Shown here piece by piece: positions 1-8,641 of a stretch of 64,000 nucleotides of DNA (position 1 is the first letter of the stretch; each line of letters opens with the position of its first letter). The stretch covers positions 2,421,814-2,485,813 of the forward strand of contig OZ244837.1 in the NCBI GenBank assembly GCA_965220675.1, given 5' to 3'. This stretch comes from Longimicrobiales bacterium. Lineage in GTDB: Bacteria > Gemmatimonadota > Gemmatimonadetes > Longimicrobiales > Gaopeijiaceae. The translations under genes and the position numbers were made by a program. Below the pieces are notes generated by a model. The model was not told the origin of the DNA, made no database searches, and saw nothing but the letters and a program-made list of their open reading frames with translations.

Positions 1-1
1 A

Positions 2-2635
2 GGCGAGACGGTGGGCCGGAAGCTGCAGGAAGTCAGGACGCTCGGAGCGCGCTTGCACGACGCCGTGGCCCGCTGGCCGGACGATCCGCAGCAGCATCTT
101 GACCGCCTGACCGAGCGTTCCGACGAAGCGACGCGGCACGCCCGGGCCCTGGCCGGACTCCGGGAGCGGGCCGAGCACGCGCGCGACACCCTGCGGCAAT
201 CCGATGCCGTTATCGCGGCGGCTCAGCACGTCGACGCGACGGTCGCGCCGGAGGCGATGGACAGGCTCACGGCCAGGCTGGATCCCGTGGCAGAGGCCCG
301 GCGGCGCATTGACGCCCAGCAGGCGGAGCTGGAGAGCCGGCACACCAGCCTGAAGCGCGACCTGAACAGCATCCCGACCGACGACGGCCCCGACCATCGC
401 ACAGTTGCCCAGGCCTCGGCCGCGTTGGGTGCGCTCCCGGAACAGGCCGAACGGGCGATCGAGGACGCCGGCAGGCTGCGCGCGCTTATCGCCGACGAGA
501 CCAGGGCCAGCAGGGACGCGGACAACTTCCTGCGAACGCTCGAAACCGCGAACGACCAGCTGGCGCGGCACGCGGTCCAGGAAGCGCCCCTCGGAGATGC
601 CGTCAAGGCCGCCCGTGATCGTGTGACAGGTACCGAGGTCTTGTATGACAAGTGCGACGAATTGCTGAACCGTCTCCTCTCGACGCGTGGCGAGCGGGCC
701 AGGCGGCGCGAGGAGATTGCCGACATCGAAGCGCGGCTCGCCTCAGCGGCAACCGAGGAGGGTCGCGCGAAGGACGAAGCCGGGCGGGCGGACGCGGCGC
801 TGGCCTCCGCGCAGCGCAGCAATGCCGCGGCGGCGGCCGCCCTCGGCTTGCACCCGGGCGACGAGTGTCCCGTTTGTCGGCGCGACCTGCCCGCGGGATG
901 GACCGCGCCGCCCGATCAGGGGCTTGACTCCGCGCAGCAGACGCTCGAGGCGGCGCGGTCGCGGGTGCGCGACCTGAGCAGAACCGCGGCCGGGCTCAAG
1001 GCACGGGAGGAATCCGCGCGGCAGACGATGGCGGACATCGAGAAGGGGCTGGCAGAGCGCGGCTCCGAGATGGCCGCCGCGCTGGAGCGGCTGCGTCACG
1101 CCGCCGGGTTGGAGGAACCCCTCTCGCGCGCGGATGACGGGCCGCTCCCCGATCGGGAACAGATTCTTGCGCCGGTGCAGCGACGGCTCCGCGCCGCTGA
1201 GGCCAGGCTGGACGAGCACAGCAAGGAGGCGGCGAGCCTCCGCGAGGCGCAAACGCGCGCCCGGATCGGCGGGAACCTGGCCCAGCAGTCATTAAAGCAG
1301 ATCCGGGACGACATTCGCTCGACCCGCGACGCTGTTCAGTCCGCTGTGGACGGTCTCAACCGGAACATCCAGTCCATTCCTTTGTCCTTCCGTCCTCGCT
1401 TGGTCCTCCCTCCCGACCCTGTTGAACTTGAAACCGTGGACACCACACCCGTCGACCGTGCGCTGTACGCAGTCCGGGAGCGCGAAGCGATCCTCCGGCA
1501 GCGCGAACAGGAGCGCGACCGGCTGCGCACGGGCATCGAAGAAATGGGAGCGGCGCTGAAGCAGGTGGGCGAGATCCGCAAGACCGAAGTCGAAGCGCCG
1601 CTGCAGGCGATTGTGCGCGCGGTTGGCGACCAGCGGACCGCGCTGGTTGAGGCTGTCCGCACATTGAGTTCCGGATCAAGCTCCGGCGAGCCCGGATGCC
1701 GGTCCCCCGCCATCGCGATTCCCGCCGTTCTCTACTATCCGGTCGAGACGGATGCTCTCCAGGACGGGATCGACCGGCTCCGCGAGGCGATGGCCGAGAC
1801 GCTGACCTTGGCGGCGGACCTCCGTCGCGGCGCCGTCGCCGCCGCGGACGCAGCCCGGCAGGAAGCGCGCAAGATCGCCGGCCAGCTGGACCCTGCCACC
1901 GACGCCACCGATCTCGACGCCCTGGTTCAACGCGCCGCCGCGCTTGCCGACGACGCCCGTTACATTGCCCGGGACGCGCAGCGCGACCGCGACGTATTCG
2001 CCACAGTCCTCGACGATGTCCTGGAGCTGCGTGATACCGCCGACGAAGTCGCCGCCCTGGAACTCGCGCTGGGTGACCTCGACGCCGCGCTCAAGCCGGG
2101 GGCATTCCTCAAGTGGCTCACCCTGCGGCGCTCGCGCGACCTCCTGGTGTATGCGTCCCGGATGCTGGAGGAGATGACCGGCGGCCGCTACGCGTTTGCC
2201 GACCCGGGCGACCACGAAGACCAGGAGTGGCTCGTGGTTGACAGCGACTCCGGCGAGGCGCGCTCCCCCGCCAGCCTCTCCGGCGGAGAGCAGTTCATCG
2301 GGTCGCTGGCGCTTGCGCTGGGGATGGTCGAGATGATGGCCCGGAGCGGCGGCCGCCTCGAGTCGCTCTTCCTGGACGAGGGCTTCGGGTCGCTCGACCG
2401 CAGCAACCTCGACTCCGCCATCGAAGCGCTCTCGACGGTGTCGGGAAGGGGCCGGCTGGTGGGCGTGATCTCCCACGTTGCTGCCGTCGCGGAACAGATC
2501 GACGATGTGCTCGCCGTGACGCGGACCGCATCGGGCAGCCAGGTGACATGGCTTTCACGCTCCGAGCGGCACGAGCTTGCACGTGGCGACACCGGTCTGG
2601 AGGGAGCTTCGGCGCTGGCGGGGCTGCTGGAGTAG
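2..2635 (+). CDS. SbcC/Rad50-like SMC-family ATPase, C-terminal part; the 5' end is cut by the window edge
   Basis: The reading frame is open from the window edge. It has a long Ala/Arg/Glu-rich coiled coil and a CxxC zinc hook (GDECPVCRRDL). The ABC signature is LSGGEQFIGSLALALG and the Walker B is SLFLDEGFGSLD, with a D-loop/H-loop (VISHV). No N-terminal P-loop is present, so the N-terminus lies upstream of the window. Confidence 0.8.
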   Translation, partial: GETVGRKLQEVRTLGARLHDAVARWPDDPQQHLDRLTERSDEATRHARALAGLRERAEHARDTLRQSDAVIAAAQHVDATVAPEAMDRLTARLDPVAEARRRIDAQQAELESRHTSLKRDLNSIPTDDGPDHRTVAQASAALGALPEQAERAIEDAGRLRALIADETRASRDADNFLRTLETANDQLARHAVQEAPLGDAVKAARDRVTGTEVLYDKCDELLNRLLSTRGERARRREEIADIEARLASAATEEGRAKDEAGRADAALASAQRSNAAAAAALGLHPGDECPVCRRDLPAGWTAPPDQGLDSAQQTLEAARSRVRDLSRTAAGLKAREESARQTMADIEKGLAERGSEMAAALERLRHAAGLEEPLSRADDGPLPDREQILAPVQRRLRAAEARLDEHSKEAASLREAQTRARIGGNLAQQSLKQIRDDIRSTRDAVQSAVDGLNRNIQSIPLSFRPRLVLPPDPVELETVDTTPVDRALYAVREREAILRQREQERDRLRTGIEEMGAALKQVGEIRKTEVEAPLQAIVRAVGDQRTALVEAVRTLSSGSSSGEPGCRSPAIAIPAVLYYPVETDALQDGIDRLREAMAETLTLAADLRRGAVAAADAARQEARKIAGQLDPATDATDLDALVQRAAALADDARYIARDAQRDRDVFATVLDDVLELRDTADEVAALELALGDLDAALKPGAFLKWLTLRRSRDLLVYASRMLEEMTGGRYAFADPGDHEDQEWLVVDSDSGEARSPASLSGGEQFIGSLALALGMVEMMARSGGRLESLFLDEGFGSLDRSNLDSAIEALSTVSGRGRLVGVISHVAAVAEQIDDVLAVTRTASGSQVTWLSRSERHELARGDTGLEGASALAGLLE

Positions 2636-2650
2636 CGGGCCGAGTCGTCC

Positions 2651-3349
2651 TCAGTTCCCCAGCCGCGCCAACGCTTCCTGAGCGTCCTGATTCCCCGCGG
2701 CCGCCGCCCGCGCGTACCAGTCGCGCGCGGCATCGAGGTCGCGGGTCGCTCCACGGCCCGCCTCATATGACTCGCCGAGCCGTAGCTGTGTGATCGCGTC
2801 GCCCTTGTCTGCGGCGAGCGTCCACCATTCCACCGCCAGGGCGGGGTCGACGGCCACCCCGCGACCCTCGCTGTACTGATTCCCGATGTTGTGCGCGCCC
2901 AGGACGTGTCCGCGTTCTGCCGCCCGTCGGTGCCACAGCGCCGCCCGCTCGTGGTCGACCGGCTTCCCCAGACCTTCGTCGAAGGCTGTACCCATCAGGA
3001 ACACGGCTTCCAGCACACCCGATTCGGCCGCCCGCTGGACGTCGCGGATCACTCCGTCGGCGATTTCGCGAGCCTTCTCCAGATCGTGGGGAAACCCCAT
3101 GCGGCCAGTGGAATGGACCCGCGCCAGCCACATCGTGGCGAGCGGGCCTCCGCCCTCGATCGCCTCATCCAGCAGCGCCCGGGCGCGGTCGTTGTCCACC
3201 GAGCCGGCGACTCCGGTGTACCAGTCGATGGCTTCGAGGAGGACCGGGTCGGGCTCCTGCGGGGCGCTGAGGCAGGCGACGGCAAGGACAGCGGCCACAA
3301 CCGGACGTCGCAGTGTGAGAAGCGAGAGAGGCTGGGTGGCTTTTGACAT
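2651..3349 (-). CDS. Sel1-like (SLR/TPR) repeat protein, probably an exported lipoprotein
   Basis: It carries repeated Sel1 motifs (GxxYxxGxGVxxDxxxAxxWxxxAAxxG), for example NIGNQYSEGRGVAVDPALAVEWW and LGESYEAGRGATRDLDAARDWYARAAAAGN. The N-terminus is hydrophobic with a lipobox-like LAVAC. The ATG is at 3349. Confidence 0.8.
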   Translation of the reverse strand: MSKATQPLSLLTLRRPVVAAVLAVACLSAPQEPDPVLLEAIDWYTGVAGSVDNDRARALLDEAIEGGGPLATMWLARVHSTGRMGFPHDLEKAREIADGVIRDVQRAAESGVLEAVFLMGTAFDEGLGKPVDHERAALWHRRAAERGHVLGAHNIGNQYSEGRGVAVDPALAVEWWTLAADKGDAITQLRLGESYEAGRGATRDLDAARDWYARAAAAGNQDAQEALARLGN

Positions 3350-3431
3350 TACCTATTCCATGTTGGACCCGAAAACAGATATAGCGAGACTCACTGTTGT
3401 GAAAACCTTAATAGGCGACAGGCCTGCCTTC

Positions 3432-4091
3432 CTAGTCGGTCCGGATCGTGCAGGGTCGCCAGTTTCGTGTCCAGTGCTGATCGGTTTGAACGTGATCCTC
3501 ACGCACACTCTTGCAGACGTTGCGGGCGAAATCCGCCGAGGGGAAGCCTTCTGCCACCCGTACCACGACGCCCTCGCGCTCACCGCCGAGCGCTGATGGC
3601 TTCGCATGCTCGCCTCGAATGAACGCCCGCATCTCGGCGACCGAGGCGAACGAACCCCGGTGGATCACGGGAACAACAGAGATGCCCCGTTCAGCCGCGA
3701 ACTCCTCAAGGGCTGCGACTGACCGAAAGTCCCCCTTCGAATCCCGCAGGGCGAACGCATGGAACGTCTCGTCCTCCCTGACGGCTCCATACTCGATGCT
3801 GTGCACGCCGTAGATGTCCTCGCCGTAGAGGTAGACTTCCGGCTCGGTGACCTTCCAGGCGTGATGCTTCTTTACCATGGCCATCCACTTGTTCGCCGAC
3901 TCGGACGCGACGGAGCGCCCGTAGACCTTGCCTCGATGGATCAGAACGTTGGATCCATCGAGCTTTTCGGTCACGACGACCGGGCGCCCGACAAGCCACT
4001 CGGGATCGGGGTGAACCGTGTCGCCGCGGCCGATTGTCGGTGAGTAGGGCCAGTAGGGAGTGCGGGGGTATTTGAGCCTATTGGGAAGCAT
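3432..4091 (-). CDS. Minimal ATP-dependent RNA ligase (nucleotidyltransferase domain only, Rnl2/PF09414-like)
   Basis: Covalent nucleotidyltransferase motifs appear in the correct order: I TEKLDGSN, III VYLYGEDIYG, IIIa FHAFAL, IV REGVVVRV, V CKSVRE. The N-terminal KYPRTPYWPYSP is typical of this ligase family. I chose the ATG at 4091 (MLPNRLKYPRTP); the 4154 alternative would overlap the upstream gene by 77 nt. Confidence 0.7.
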   Translation of the reverse strand: MLPNRLKYPRTPYWPYSPTIGRGDTVHPDPEWLVGRPVVVTEKLDGSNVLIHRGKVYGRSVASESANKWMAMVKKHHAWKVTEPEVYLYGEDIYGVHSIEYGAVREDETFHAFALRDSKGDFRSVAALEEFAAERGISVVPVIHRGSFASVAEMRAFIRGEHAKPSALGGEREGVVVRVAEGFPSADFARNVCKSVREDHVQTDQHWTRNWRPCTIRTD

Positions 4092-4590
4092 GGTCGCCGC
4101 GCGACTTCTCAGGACGGGTCGCGTGTTCAGGGCACAGTTGCCGCACATCCACATCCAGTTGATCGGTCAGCTCGCGATGCTCGTTCCAGTCCGAGTCGGA
4201 GGCATTCACGATCACGGCATCGGCCTTGAGGGCCACCGCTAGGAACTTCGCATCCTTCTTCAGATTGTTCGGCGGCAGAATTGGGTCCGTGAAGTCCCTG
4301 CCCTCATCGTCGCGCGGCCTGACTGGAATCAGGCGGACTCGGTTTGAGTCACCCATCTTCTGCCAGACGTGCTTGTAGAAGATCGTACCCGGTCCTGCTT
4401 GTCCTGCGTGTGCGATCCTTTTCCCGTACTCGCCCATGATGAGTCCCTTGTCGTCGACACACACAACCTCCTCACGCGCGAGCCTTTTCAATTCCTCCAC
4501 GCAACTCTCTTGACACCCTTCGTCGACATGGGTGTCTCGACCGTTAGCTGCGACGAGGACATTAGTGTCTACAACCGACCTGCCAATCAT
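4078..4590 (-). CDS. PIN-like domain nuclease (predicted RNase)
   Basis: The N-terminal VVDTNVLVAA carries a PIN acidic residue. The later acidic positions are in DAKFLAVALKADAVIVNASDSDW. Its ATG overlaps the stop of the upstream ATPase (ATGA at 4587-4590), and its 3' end overlaps the ligase start by 14 nt. Confidence 0.6.
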   Translation of the reverse strand: MIGRSVVDTNVLVAANGRDTHVDEGCQESCVEELKRLAREEVVCVDDKGLIMGEYGKRIAHAGQAGPGTIFYKHVWQKMGDSNRVRLIPVRPRDDEGRDFTDPILPPNNLKKDAKFLAVALKADAVIVNASDSDWNEHRELTDQLDVDVRQLCPEHATRPEKSRGDHASQ

Positions 4591-6011
4591 CGCGACCGAT
4601 CCGCCAGCTTGCGGCGCAGGGTGGCGGAGCTGATCGCAGCGATCTCCGCCATCTCGTCCCCGAAGAAGTCATCAGGCCAGTTCTCAATTTCTCCCCAATG
4701 GTTGAGGCGCAGATCCTCCAGCTTCGCGACGCCCCTCGACACAGAAGAGAAGTAGAGGCGCACATCGTCCGACGAGATGGCGAACGGGGAACTGGATCCT
4801 TTTCCCGGTACTGCCACCTTTCCCTCCGCGACACGTCGCTGGAGTCGTTGCAGCAAGTGCTGGCTATGTGACTCAACGATGACCTGAAGGTTGCGGTGCT
4901 TCGCGACGCAAAGCAACAAGTCTGCCAGCCGGCTCTGGACGGCAGGATGCAGGTGAATCTCGGGCTGCTCAAGCAGTATCACGGAATCCTCGGGCACATA
5001 GTACAGAAGGACCAGAACAGGCAGGACTTGGGAGACACCGAACCCGACATCCGTCAGGGTGGTGGATGTCTTGGATGAATTGGCCGTCAAGCGCGCTTGA
5101 TAGAGGTTGGAGGCGGTTCCGATCTCCTCCATCGAGAACCGATCGATCAACCCGAGTTCTCTGAGCCAGTGCGCGATTACCTGCTGAAACGGCTGGTTGT
5201 GGGCGCGTTGCTTGAGTTGACGAGTCTTTCCTTGCGCTGTGGCAGCCAGAATCGCGTCGATGGCCCGCTCGCCCCGGGTTCCGACATCCGAGGGGCTTGC
5301 GCCGCTCCAGTAGTATTGCCGTTGAGGATAGTCTCGTAGTGGCCCGAGATAGTAGATGCGATCCATTAGGCTTTCGTATGACAGCTCCAGGTCGCTCAGA
5401 AAATCGGCGTTCTGGTAGGACCACCGAACCTGCTGCGGGAACGCATGAGTCTTGACGGGTGGGGGGATCCGGAACGGACGTCCCTGGCTCCGCTTGAGCG
5501 CAAAGTCATGGTGCCCGCCAGAAATGTTCAGCGTGTAGGCGCGCCTCTTTCCGCCGTCGGAAGGTTGGAGCGAGAAGATTGTGTCATCGAACTGGTAGCC
5601 CAGGTTGCGCGTGAAGAAAGTCGATGATGGCCGAGATCCCGAGAGGCCGACGGTGCAGTGAATGGCCATTTCGCGGCCCGCGAAGCTCACCGACTTCCCA
5701 CCGGCCGATTGCGTGGCAATCCTGAGGAGCTTGGGCAGAGTCCAACCGAGTTCCCAGCTGATGTCTGAGTCGGTGTTGTGGCCATGGGCGACTTCGCGGA
5801 AGCTGCCGAGATTCGCCAAGCTCTCGGGGCCGCCAAAATCGAGGACGATGCGGCGGTCCGTGGCCTCACGGGTCTGCTTGAGGAGTAACAGGAACTGTAT
5901 GAGACTGCTCTTCCCCGCGCTGTTGGCGCCGAAGATGCCGGTCACGGTCGCGAACCGGATCTTCAGTTCCCTCCATGCCTTGAAATTGGTCAGCCGAAGC
6001 CGCGTAATCAC
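4587..6011 (-). CDS. ABC/OLD-class AAA ATPase with a DUF3696-like C-terminal domain
   Basis: The N-terminal RLRLTNFKAW plus Walker A GANSAGKSS matches the RecF/SMC-like AAA_15/21 type. Walker B is VILLEQPEIHLHP and the H-loop is VESHS. The C-terminal NWPDDFFGDE tail is as in DUF3696 proteins. It has a GTG start at 6011 with AGGAGA 9 nt upstream. Confidence 0.75.
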   Translation of the reverse strand: MITRLRLTNFKAWRELKIRFATVTGIFGANSAGKSSLIQFLLLLKQTREATDRRIVLDFGGPESLANLGSFREVAHGHNTDSDISWELGWTLPKLLRIATQSAGGKSVSFAGREMAIHCTVGLSGSRPSSTFFTRNLGYQFDDTIFSLQPSDGGKRRAYTLNISGGHHDFALKRSQGRPFRIPPPVKTHAFPQQVRWSYQNADFLSDLELSYESLMDRIYYLGPLRDYPQRQYYWSGASPSDVGTRGERAIDAILAATAQGKTRQLKQRAHNQPFQQVIAHWLRELGLIDRFSMEEIGTASNLYQARLTANSSKTSTTLTDVGFGVSQVLPVLVLLYYVPEDSVILLEQPEIHLHPAVQSRLADLLLCVAKHRNLQVIVESHSQHLLQRLQRRVAEGKVAVPGKGSSSPFAISSDDVRLYFSSVSRGVAKLEDLRLNHWGEIENWPDDFFGDEMAEIAAISSATLRRKLADRSR

Positions 6012-6100
6012 CGTGCACTCTCCTGAGCTTCAGGGACAGGTAGCCAAGCCAATCTAGCCGGACGGAGCATCACCCGGAGAACAGTAGCCAGCGCTTGACC

Positions 6101-6835
6101 TCAGACCAGATCCTCCCCCGCCAACCCCAGTCGCTCCAGCACCTCCGGCGGCGGCCCATCGAAGCTGGGGAGCGGGATGTTGCCCACGTAGCCCAGGTCG
6201 CGCATCCCCTCTTCCGTGGTCCAGAACCCGGTCGACACCATGTCGCGGAACTGGTCGAAGAAGCGCGCCTGCGGCTTGAGGTCGGCGGGCGCGTCGGGCT
6301 CGAAGCAGATCTCGTCGCAGATCTCGTGCTTCTGCGCCAGCGTGAGGGCGGGGAAGTCGTCAGCGCCGAACCGTTCCCGAGCGCTGCGGTTCAGCCACGC
6401 CACGCCGCCCCGGAGCGCGATGAGGCTCTCCTCGTGGCCGGGTGCCGAGACGAATTCGTTGACGTAGTCGGGCACGCCCAGGGCGCTGGCCGCCGGTGAC
6501 CGGTCGTCGGCCGGGATGATCACGTCGGCCAGCGCGGAGACAAGCCGCATCTCCTCGTCGGTGAGCACCATCTCCCAGGGGACGACGGGCGCCAACATGT
6601 CCGGATCGGTCGGCGTGCCGGCGGCCATGGGGTTGCTGGGGGGCAGCGGATCGAAGCCCGACAGGGTCTCGTGAGCGGACTCGGCCGATTGTGCGGCGTC
6701 TTGCGGCGCGCACGAGCCGGCTGCGCCGAGGGCTGCGCCCGCAGCGATCACCTTGAGCGCGCCGCGTCGGGAGATCGCTCCGCCGGCGGGCGCGGCGCCC
6801 GACTCCGGCGGGCCGCCCTTCGGATCCTCGCTCAC
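6101..6835 (-). CDS. Gluconate 2-dehydrogenase subunit 3 (gamma)-family protein with a Tat signal
   Basis: It has a twin-arginine motif (SRRGALKVIAAGAALGAAG). The GTG start at 6835 overlaps the stop of the GMC gene (GTGA). Pairing with a GMC flavoprotein is typical of this family. The 47-codon N-terminal extension in the track is Arg-rich and unlikely to be real. Confidence 0.7.
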   Translation of the reverse strand: MSEDPKGGPPESGAAPAGGAISRRGALKVIAAGAALGAAGSCAPQDAAQSAESAHETLSGFDPLPPSNPMAAGTPTDPDMLAPVVPWEMVLTDEEMRLVSALADVIIPADDRSPAASALGVPDYVNEFVSAPGHEESLIALRGGVAWLNRSARERFGADDFPALTLAQKHEICDEICFEPDAPADLKPQARFFDQFRDMVSTGFWTTEEGMRDLGYVGNIPLPSFDGPPPEVLERLGLAGEDLV

Positions 6836-8610
6836 CCGATGCTCCTTTGCCTGAGCTGCTCGACGATGTAGTCGCTGGCCCGCCACGCGATCGCCATGAT
6901 CGACAGTGTCGGGTTCTTGTCCGCGTTGGACACGAAGGGCGCGCCGTCGGTGACGAACAGGTTGGGCACGTCCCACGACTGGCAGAACTCGTTCAGCACC
7001 GAGGTGCGCGGGTCTTCACCCATCATCGCGCCGCCCACTTCGTGGATGATCTGCCCACCCTTCGAGATGGCCTGCTCGCCATCGGTGTGAATCGTCGACA
7101 GCACCTGTCCGCCCATCTCGTCCACGATCTCCGCGAAGGTCTGCTGCATGTGCACGGCCTGGCGCAGTTCGTGGTCGGCCCACTTCCAGTGGAACTTGAG
7201 CACCGGAATCCCGTAGCTGTCCACTCGGTCCGGGTCGATCTCGCAGTAGCAGTCCTCGTTGGGGATCATCTCGCCGCGCCCGTCGAACCCGAGGAAGCTG
7301 CCGTAGTAGCGGCGGCAGTCGTCCTTGAAGCGCTGGCCGTAGCTGCCGTTCGTAAGCGGCTCCACCCCGCCGAATGCGCCGAACCCGGGCATGCGCCGCC
7401 CGCCGCCGAACTCGATGTGGTAGCCGCGGGGGAAGTCGAGCCGGCCGGCCAGCTGCTCGCCGTACAGCCACCACGGCATGTACATGTGCATCGCGGACGC
7501 GCCGTCCTCGTTGTGCGGAGGGAGCGCCTGGAGCGCCGGAATGTGGGCCTGGACGCCCGCGCCGACGGTGTCCATGACGTACTTGCCCACGAGGCCGGAG
7601 GAGTTGGCCAGGCCGTCGGGGAACATGCTGCTGGTCGAATTGAGGAGGATGCGCGCGGACTCGCAGGCGCTCGCGGCGACCACGACTACGCGCGCCGCGG
7701 CGAACTCGTCGACCAGCGTCGCCTTGTCGACGTAGTGGACGCCGGTGGCGCGTCCCTGCGAATCCACGGCGACCTCGCGCACCATCGCACCCGTGCGGAT
7801 CTCGAGGTTGCCGGTGGCGAGCGCGGGGGGGAACAGGACGGTCGTGGACTGGAAGTTGGCGCGGATCGAGCACCCGCGGCCGCACGGCGTCGCCCAGTAG
7901 CACGCGGCGCGTCCCCGCATCGAGTCGGCGGTCACGCGCCGGGCCAGATCGTTGTCGGGGAAGATCTCGCCCGGCAGCCGGTTGGGGTCCTGGGTCTGGG
8001 TGAGAATGGCCAGGTGGGCCGGAATCACCGGAATCCCCAGACGGCGGCAGGCCTTGCGGGTCAGCAACTCGTACGCGCGCGGCCTCGGCGGTGGCTGCAG
8101 CACCCCCGGCGACGAGTTCGGCGTATTCTCGAGCCCCTCGTTCGACCCGTATACGCCGATCAAAGCCTCGGTCCGGTCGTAATAGGGCGCCAGGTCCTCG
8201 TACGACATCGGCCAGTCGAAGCCCAGCCCGTCGCGGGAACGCGGCCTGAAGTCGTACTCGCCCATGCGCAGCGAGATCCGCCCCCAGTGGTTGGTGCGCC
8301 CGCCCAACATGCGCGAGCGCCACCACATGAATTCGGAGCCCTCGGCCACCGAATACGGTTCGCCCGGCACCTGCCAGCCCCCGTCCACCGTCGCATCGTA
8401 GAAGCCGAAGGGCTTCTCGGGCGTGCCGGCTGCGCGCAGGGGAGCATCCTTCGGCAGCTGGAACATCGGGGTCTCGCGAATCGGGTCGTAGTCCCGCCCC
8501 GCTTCGAGCATGAGCACGCGCAGTCCCGACGTGGCCAGTATGAAGGCCGCCATGCCCCCACCCGCCCCCGACCCGACCACGATTGCGTCGTAGACGGGGC
8601 TTTGGCTCAT
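6832..8610 (-). CDS. GMC-family FAD-dependent oxidoreductase
   Basis: The FAD fold YDAIVVGSGAGGGMAAFILATSGLRVLMLEAG sits directly after the ATG at 8610. The C-terminal GMC region contains HEVGGAMMG and NPTLSIMAIAWR. The upstream 152 codons of the track ORF are Arg/Pro-rich noise. Confidence 0.85.
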   Translation of the reverse strand: MSQSPVYDAIVVGSGAGGGMAAFILATSGLRVLMLEAGRDYDPIRETPMFQLPKDAPLRAAGTPEKPFGFYDATVDGGWQVPGEPYSVAEGSEFMWWRSRMLGGRTNHWGRISLRMGEYDFRPRSRDGLGFDWPMSYEDLAPYYDRTEALIGVYGSNEGLENTPNSSPGVLQPPPRPRAYELLTRKACRRLGIPVIPAHLAILTQTQDPNRLPGEIFPDNDLARRVTADSMRGRAACYWATPCGRGCSIRANFQSTTVLFPPALATGNLEIRTGAMVREVAVDSQGRATGVHYVDKATLVDEFAAARVVVVAASACESARILLNSTSSMFPDGLANSSGLVGKYVMDTVGAGVQAHIPALQALPPHNEDGASAMHMYMPWWLYGEQLAGRLDFPRGYHIEFGGGRRMPGFGAFGGVEPLTNGSYGQRFKDDCRRYYGSFLGFDGRGEMIPNEDCYCEIDPDRVDSYGIPVLKFHWKWADHELRQAVHMQQTFAEIVDEMGGQVLSTIHTDGEQAISKGGQIIHEVGGAMMGEDPRTSVLNEFCQSWDVPNLFVTDGAPFVSNADKNPTLSIMAIAWRASDYIVEQLRQRSIG

Positions 8611-8641
8611 GGCTGGTTCCCTGGTTGGTGCCGGTCGCGGT

